The notes under the pieces: model-generated | The model's input: the letters and a program-made list of their open reading frames with translations, nothing else | What the model was told of the DNA's origin: nothing | Database searches by the model: none | Made by a program: the position numbers and the translations under genes | Origin: Planctomycetota bacterium | GTDB taxonomy: Bacteria; Planctomycetota; UBA8108; SXIK01 | Length of the DNA: 64,000 nucleotides | Direction of reading: 5' to 3' | Assembly: GCA_965223265.1 (NCBI GenBank) | Contig: OZ244999.1 | Location: 928,001 to 992,000 of the forward strand | In this document: positions 58,312-64,000 of the stretch, in pieces | Numbering within the stretch: position 1 is the first letter of the stretch | Layout of the letters: each line of letters starts with the position of its first letter

Positions 58312-59772
58312 GTGCACTCCCCTAGTCAACTAGCCTCCAGGCCGACCAGCAATCTTCCGATCGCCCTCGATGACGTGTTCACTGGGGACGATCTGGCGAT
58401 GATTCTCGGAACATGCCTGCCCGACGCCGCGTTCGTCTGTGAATCGGAGTCCGGGCGTATCCTCGCCTGCAATCAAAAGTTCCTTGAGCTCGCCGCCATT
58501 GACGCCGCATCCCCCGATATCGCGCTGTGGCGTGACCAGCTGATTCACTTCGACTCGGGCGATGATTTGTCATCGTCGCGCCGTGCTGACGGCGCGTGGG
58601 TCGAGGCCCACGTCCAGGCGTTGTCGAGTCCCCCCGTACCCGTTCGGGTGAGCGAGACTCCTCTGTCGTGGCATCAGGCTTCGTACCAGCTCTGTTTCGC
58701 TCGTGACATCCGCCCGGAAAAGATGCGTGACGCCGATTGGAAACGGCAGGTCGAAGAGCAAAAAGGTCGAGCCCTCACAGCGATCGCGTCCTCGCTCCGC
58801 GTCTACCACCTGTCCGAAAAGATCAAGTGGACGCCGATTCTCACTCGGGATCTCCTGTGTCTCGACAACGAGCAAGATCTGCTGCGTCACGCAGCCGAGC
58901 TGTTGACAGATGACGCCGGACTCAACTACCAGGACGTGTCGTTCATTCTTGCTCGCGACGACCGGTTGGAAGTCGCCTTCACCACTCGAGATTTAGCGTC
59001 AGCTGATTTGCTGAGCGGCCGGGAAAAAGTGTACCGGCGATTTCTCGAGGGAGAGTCAGAGATCGGCGAAACGGACGAAGGCATTCTTGTGCGGTTGGAG
59101 CTCCACGGCAACTTGGTCGGTTGCTGCGAAGTGCTTCCATATGAACGTGAGAAGGCCTTCTTCGACGGGCTGGCTCGAATGAGTGAGCTGCAATCGGAGT
59201 TTCTCGCCGCACTTGGGGACATCCTGTCTCTCCTCCTTGCCAACATGCGACTGCAGGGTGAGATTCGTCGCCAATCTGTCATCGATCCGCTCACCGAGAC
59301 CTTCAACCGCCGGCACTTCATGGAACGGCTGCGTAGCGAGATGGAGCGGGCCGCTCGCTACGATCGCGAGATCTCACTCGTCTTCGTTGACCTCGACGGA
59401 TTCAAGTACGTCAACGACGAATTCGGGCATCTCCATGGGGATTATGTGCTGAAGGAAATCGCGTCGATTCTCATGGAGATTTTTCGCGAGGTTGACAGCG
59501 TTTGTCGCTATGGCGGCGACGAGTTCGTCATCCTGCTGCCTGAGACCGGCCAGGAAATGGCTCGGCAGGCGGCGTCAAAACTTGTCGATGCCGTGGCGTC
59601 GCACTCGTTCATCGATTTGAACGACTCGTCGAAGAGCCTCCCCATCACCGTCAGTGTCGGAGTCAGCACTCGTTCGTCACCGGTGAGTCAAGACGAGTTC
59701 TTGCACGCCGCCGACTTGGCGCTTCTCAAGGCGAAGCGGCAAGGAAAGAATCAGGTCGCCAGTCATCCGTAG
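58312..59772 (+). CDS. Sensor diguanylate cyclase (PAS/GAF-like + GGDEF)
   Basis: DPLT..FNRR, DLDGFKYVND.FGH..GD, I-site REVD, RYGGDEF; start uncertain. Confidence 0.92.
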   Translation: MHSPSQLASRPTSNLPIALDDVFTGDDLAMILGTCLPDAAFVCESESGRILACNQKFLELAAIDAASPDIALWRDQLIHFDSGDDLSSSRRADGAWVEAHVQALSSPPVPVRVSETPLSWHQASYQLCFARDIRPEKMRDADWKRQVEEQKGRALTAIASSLRVYHLSEKIKWTPILTRDLLCLDNEQDLLRHAAELLTDDAGLNYQDVSFILARDDRLEVAFTTRDLASADLLSGREKVYRRFLEGESEIGETDEGILVRLELHGNLVGCCEVLPYEREKAFFDGLARMSELQSEFLAALGDILSLLLANMRLQGEIRRQSVIDPLTETFNRRHFMERLRSEMERAARYDREISLVFVDLDGFKYVNDEFGHLHGDYVLKEIASILMEIFREVDSVCRYGGDEFVILLPETGQEMARQAASKLVDAVASHSFIDLNDSSKSLPITVSVGVSTRSSPVSQDEFLHAADLALLKAKRQGKNQVASHP

Positions 59773-59849
59773 GGATGCGGTTAGGCGTCGATGAGGCGGA
59801 TGTTGGCGCGACTCTTCAGTAGCGCCCGCACGAATGGATGTTTCGTGCG

Positions 59850-60302
59850 CTAGAGTTCTTCGTCGTCCTCTTCATCGTCCTCTTCTTCTTCGTCGTAGTC
59901 GAAGTCGTCATCATCATCATCATCGTCGTCGTCGAAGTCGTCGAGATCGTCGAGATCGTCGTCATCATCGTCGAGATCGTCCATGTCTTCGTCGAAGGAA
60001 TCCTCATCGAGGTCATCGTCGAGATCATCGTCGATGTCGTCGTCGATGTCGTCGTCGATGTCGTCGTCGATGTCGTCGAGGTCGTCGTCGTCATCATCGT
60101 CGTCGTCTATGAAGTCGTCGAAATCTTCCTCGTCGTCGCCGTATTCATCGTCCTCTTCCTCCTCGTAGTCGAATTCGTCTTCGTCGGCATCGGTGTCGTC
60201 TTCAAGCTCGGTCTCGAAGTCATCGAAATCGTCGTCTTCGTCATAACCCAGGCGGCGGCTAGGAAGTGCTTCATCGACATCCGCAGGCGAAGTCAACGAC
60301 AT
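59850..60302 (-). CDS. Extremely acidic low-complexity protein (~150 aa, ~70% Asp/Glu)
   Basis: ATG 60302 gives MSLTSPADVDEALPSRRLGY then D/E tracts. Mixed GAC/GAT/GAA/GAG codons argue for protein-level selection. Confidence 0.65.
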   Translation of the reverse strand: MSLTSPADVDEALPSRRLGYDEDDDFDDFETELEDDTDADEDEFDYEEEEDDEYGDDEEDFDDFIDDDDDDDDDLDDIDDDIDDDIDDDIDDDLDDDLDEDSFDEDMDDLDDDDDDLDDLDDFDDDDDDDDDDFDYDEEEEDDEEDDEEL

Positions 60303-60450
60303 GAAACGAGCCTGTCTGCGCGTCTCATGAGGTTTCGCCGTGACTTGCGACGACACGACCAGAGGGGCCTGGGAAATGGGGGTTAGAACGTGCTCGGCCA
60401 CCGGTTGACCACCCAGGTACCCAACACATCCATCAAGGCGCAAAAGTGGG

Positions 60451-60834
60451 CTACCCATTTTTTGACTCTCGATCCTCCCGCGAGGTCTCATCAATCAACG
60501 TCTCGATGCGAGAAACTTTATCTCGAGTGTCATCAAAAAGGAAGCGCAGAACCGGCGTGTTTCTGGTCTTCAGTCCGTGTCCGAGTTCGCGTTGGATGAA
60601 TCCTCGCGCGCTGTCTAAGGCGTGCTGGGCTTTCGATCGGTCCGCCCGCGAGCCCAAGATCGAAACGTACACCTTGGCTTCTTTCAAATCTTCGGTGGGC
60701 TCGACGTCGAGTACCGTGATGAAGCCGATACGGGGGTCGCGTAATTCGGTCTGGATAATGTGGCTGATGAGGAACTTCATCCGGCTGGCGATGCGGAGGA
60801 GCCGGCGGGAACCTCGGGGCTTCTCTGGTGGCAT
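60451..60834 (-). CDS. rbfA: Ribosome-binding factor A
   Basis: ELRDPRIGFITV..VE.T.DL..AKVYVS, TP.LRF..D. Confidence 0.95.
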   Translation of the reverse strand: MPPEKPRGSRRLLRIASRMKFLISHIIQTELRDPRIGFITVLDVEPTEDLKEAKVYVSILGSRADRSKAQHALDSARGFIQRELGHGLKTRNTPVLRFLFDDTRDKVSRIETLIDETSREDRESKNG

Positions 60835-61282
60835 GGGCAGACTTTAGCGGTCCGTTGAATGGGTCGTCCGGCTGAAAACCCGGCGTCGTCACGCTCAGCT
60901 GGACGGCGCCACGATTCGCAGCAATGTTTCGAGGACCTCGGAGAGGCGCTCCTTTGCCTCGGTCGCCCGGGACACGAAAGACTGGGCCTCGCGCCACCCC
61001 TCAACGTTCTGTCGGGCCCTCGAAGGGGAGAGGGGCCGATTGTGGCGCATTTCCCATCGCGTCACAACCCAAGAATTCGCCCGCCGTGCCCGCGCCACGC
61101 GGTTTGTTGAGCCAGTGTGTCTGGCTACATCAGCGGCGGGTGCAAAGCGGCGCTTCAGCCGAGTGACTTGTTCATAGTGCTCGGCTAGCTCGAGGAGCGC
61201 GCAGCCACACCCGGCGGGCGATCGGGCGGACAAATACGGCGCCCATCTGCCCTCCGCGACCCAAATAGTCCAACGCTCGAGG

Positions 61283-63583
61283 CTATATCGTTCGCCGTTT
61301 CTCGATCAAGGCGAAAGCCTCAACGACGTCACCCACCTTGATGTCGTCGTATTTCGCGATTTTCAGCCCACACTCGAACCCTTCGCGGACCTCTTTCGTG
61401 TCGTCCTTAAACCGTTTTAAGGAGCTGAGATCGCCCACGTACACGATGCGTCCATCCCTGAGGAGGCGCACCTTGTCGGAGCGTCCGATCGTGCCGTCGA
61501 GCACGATACAACCGGCGATGTTTCCGACCTTTGAGGCCTTGTAGACGCGTCGTATGGCGGCGTGGCCACGAACGTGTTCCTCGTGCTCCGGCGCTAAGCG
61601 CGACTCCATTGCCGCTTTGACTGCGTCCAGTGCTTCATATATGACGCGGTAGATCCGGATTTCGACGCCACGCTCCTCAGCCGCGACCTTGGCCCGTTCG
61701 TCCGCGACCACGTGAAAACCGATGATCATCGCGTCCGAGGCGTCGGCGAGGCCGACGTCGTCTTGGGTGATCGCGCCGACACCGGAGTGTAGAATCGTTA
61801 CCTGCACCTCTTCTGTCGCCAGTTTTTCGATCGCGGAGATCAGCGCCTCACACGAGCCTCTCACGTCCGATTTGACGATCAAACGAAGCTCCTGCTGGTC
61901 GTTCGAACCTTCCAGGGTCTCGAAGAGGTTTTCGGCGCTGATCGCCTTGCGCTGACGCCCAGCGTGATCGCGTTCGCGTTCTCGCTGCGCCCGCGTGTTG
62001 GCGATATCGCGCGCTTTCTGGCCGTCGACGATTGCGTAGAATTTTTCGCCTGCGCTCGGCACGCTGTTCAACCCCGTGATTTGCACGGGCGTTGATGGAG
62101 TCGCTTCTTCCGTCGGCTCCGTGCCGTTGAGCCACATCCTCCGGACCTTGCCGTGGGCCGTACCGGAGACAATGAAGTCGCTGCAGCGAAGGGTGCCGTT
62201 CTGTACCAACACAGTTGCGACCACGCCTTGTTGCGTCGTCGATGCTGCTTCGAGAACGACACCGAGTGCTGAACGCGTCCGGTCGGCGGTCAGTTCCAAG
62301 AGCTCAGCGGTAAGACTGAGCGTCTCTAACAGGTTGTCGATTCCTGCGCCAGTGTGAGCCGACACTTCAACAACTTCGGTGTCGCCATTCCACTCAACTG
62401 GAAGCAGTCCCATTTCTGAGAGCTGCTGCTTACAGCGCATGGGGTTGGCGTTCGCAGAGTCCATCTTGTTGAGCGCGACGACGATCGGTACTCCGGCCGC
62501 CTTGGCGTGATGGTAGGCTTCCTCCGTTTGCGGCATGACACCGTCGTCAGCGGCCACGACGAGTACGGCGATGTCCGTGACGTTGGCGCCTCGAGCTCGC
62601 ATCTCAGTGAATGCTTGGTGTCCTGGCGTGTCGATGAAGACTACATGCGAGTCACCGGAGTCGACGCGATAGGCGCCGAGGTGCTGCGTGATGCCGCCAG
62701 CCTCTTGGCTGGCAACCTTCGTCTCGCGAATCTTGTCCAACAGCGATGTCTTGCCGTGGTCGACGTGGCCCATGAAGGTGACGACCGGTGCGCGCGGCTC
62801 CAAATCCTCAGATTCGGCGTCGTGACTCTCGAGGCCGGAGAGGTACTCTTCGACGTCTTCTTCCTTCTGTGTGAAGCTGACGTCGATGCTGAATTCAAGG
62901 CAAACGAGGGTGACTTGCTCTTCGTCCAGTGTGTCGTTGATCGTCGCGGCTTGTCCGTTGGCCCAAAGAGTCTTGATGATCTGATTGGCTTTCAGCGTTG
63001 TTTGTGCAGAGAGCTCTTTGACGGTGACAGGTAGAATGACCTCGACTTTCTCGGGGCGCTTCACCGCCGTGGCGACTGAGTCTCGACGGCGGGAGCGACC
63101 GCGGCCCCGGACCGGCTGCTTGCGGCTGGAGGAGAAGAACGAGGACGAGTCGTCCATCTCGTCTTGAATAAAGATGCGGACGTGTTTGCGGCCCTTCCCG
63201 TCCTTGTGTCCCTTGCCGGCCTCCGACTCTTTTTCGTCGCCCTTGTCGCCGCGCTTTCGAACGTCGGAAGCGGCTGCGGCGGCCGGACGTGCATCGGTCT
63301 CCGTTCGCCGAGTTCTTCCGGTCGCGGGCTCCGGCTTTGCGCTGGGCGCTGATTCTCTCGTGGTGTCCGTCTTGTTTGTCTTTCCGGTCTTGTTGTTCTT
63401 GGCCGCATCAGCCGGCGCCGCAGGCTGCTTTGGCTTGATGCGGTCCCGAAGAATGTTTGCCACCGGGTCTTCGATGGAAGACATGTGGCTTTTGACCTTC
63501 AAACCTTGAGTGTGCAGGAACTGGATCAGCTCCTTACTGGGCATCCCAAGTTCTTTCGCAAGCTCGTAGATTCTGACGCCCAA
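61283..63583 (-). CDS. infB: Translation initiation factor IF-2
   Basis: [42 protein letters not shown]; TTG start at 63583 after a GAAAGGA RBS. Confidence 0.97.
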   Translation of the reverse strand: MGVRIYELAKELGMPSKELIQFLHTQGLKVKSHMSSIEDPVANILRDRIKPKQPAAPADAAKNNKTGKTNKTDTTRESAPSAKPEPATGRTRRTETDARPAAAAASDVRKRGDKGDEKESEAGKGHKDGKGRKHVRIFIQDEMDDSSSFFSSSRKQPVRGRGRSRRRDSVATAVKRPEKVEVILPVTVKELSAQTTLKANQIIKTLWANGQAATINDTLDEEQVTLVCLEFSIDVSFTQKEEDVEEYLSGLESHDAESEDLEPRAPVVTFMGHVDHGKTSLLDKIRETKVASQEAGGITQHLGAYRVDSGDSHVVFIDTPGHQAFTEMRARGANVTDIAVLVVAADDGVMPQTEEAYHHAKAAGVPIVVALNKMDSANANPMRCKQQLSEMGLLPVEWNGDTEVVEVSAHTGAGIDNLLETLSLTAELLELTADRTRSALGVVLEAASTTQQGVVATVLVQNGTLRCSDFIVSGTAHGKVRRMWLNGTEPTEEATPSTPVQITGLNSVPSAGEKFYAIVDGQKARDIANTRAQRERERDHAGRQRKAISAENLFETLEGSNDQQELRLIVKSDVRGSCEALISAIEKLATEEVQVTILHSGVGAITQDDVGLADASDAMIIGFHVVADERAKVAAEERGVEIRIYRVIYEALDAVKAAMESRLAPEHEEHVRGHAAIRRVYKASKVGNIAGCIVLDGTIGRSDKVRLLRDGRIVYVGDLSSLKRFKDDTKEVREGFECGLKIAKYDDIKVGDVVEAFALIEKRRTI

Positions 63584-63663
63584 TTCGGGTCCTTTCTCAA
63601 GCCAATCGTTTGAATCGGCCACAACCGCGTGCCGGTTCGACCATCATGCCCGCGAATCACGGG

Positions 63664-64000
63664 CTAAAGAGGGGTTTCCCCCGGCTCTTTTTTCGCAGTC
63701 GCCGCATCGACGACCGGCGCGTCGTTGTTGGCGCCGACCGACTCCGCGGGAGCTGCCTCCGACGGCGCCGCGGCTGTGTCGTCGTCGTTCGCATCGCTAA
63801 ACGGTCCACTGCTGGATGCTTCGTTTGTTGGAGCTGGTTCCGAGGGCTCCCGGAGTTCGTCGCTCGAAGTTGGCGTTTCACTCGGTGTTGCGTCGGCCTC
63901 GGTGCCAGCGTCCAACTCATGAGCAGGCGCTTCGGTACCTGACACCACCGCGTCGGCATTCTCCATCGCCGTGGCGTTTTCGTCGTCAGTTGAATCGGTT
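63664..64000 (-). CDS. Acidic low-complexity C-terminus of the upstream gene, probably NusA (partial)
   Basis: Frame open to the window edge, A/E/D/S-rich; position immediately before infB matches the usual nusA-infB order (inference only). Confidence 0.55.
   Translation of the reverse strand, partial: TDSTDDENATAMENADAVVSGTEAPAHELDAGTEADATPSETPTSSDELREPSEPAPTNEASSSGPFSDANDDDTAAAPSEAAPAESVGANNDAPVVDAATAKKEPGETPL

Noticed and set aside
59838-60386. Val/Ile-rich 182-aa ORF and poly-Ser/His/Thr ORFs
   Set aside because: These are antisense or alternate-frame shadows of the Asp/Glu-rich gene.
60895-61233. 112-aa ORF between infB and rbfA as DUF503
   Set aside because: No DUF503-like motif; probably non-coding.

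Overview
GC-rich bacterial chromosomal segment, most likely from a Planctomycetota genome. This is inferred from a planctomycete-type cytochrome c/WD40 protein, a dockerin-bearing secreted protease, an ASPIC/UnbV-TPR protein, a TPR-YggX fusion and DUF3500. About 45 CDS are present: housekeeping genes (lexA-like, glcDEF, proC, eda, mutS2, bamA, yebC, rbfA, infB, probable nusA 3' end), secreted/envelope proteins and several orphan enzymes. No rRNA, tRNA, CRISPR array or transposase was found. Most notable: (1) a promoter-driven ~285-nt structured ncRNA candidate before dedA and a second ~183-nt 6S-like RNA candidate of similar topology; (2) a LexA whose scissile Ala, catalytic Ser and catalytic Lys all appear substituted; (3) an unannotated CxxU selenoprotein (in-frame TGA) heading a run with an Smr-less MutS2 and a cysteine desulfurase/Sec-lyase-like gene; (4) a GGT/flavoprotein/radical SAM/metallophosphoesterase operon plus an ArsM-like methyltransferase, suggesting organo-arsenic chemistry; (5) a ~70% Asp/Glu protein behind rbfA; (6) a matrixin-IPT-cohesin-dockerin protease coupled to a separately encoded prodomain-like gene; (7) tandem MITE-like palindromes separated by CTAA. 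All calls come from manual motif reading; no database searches were run.
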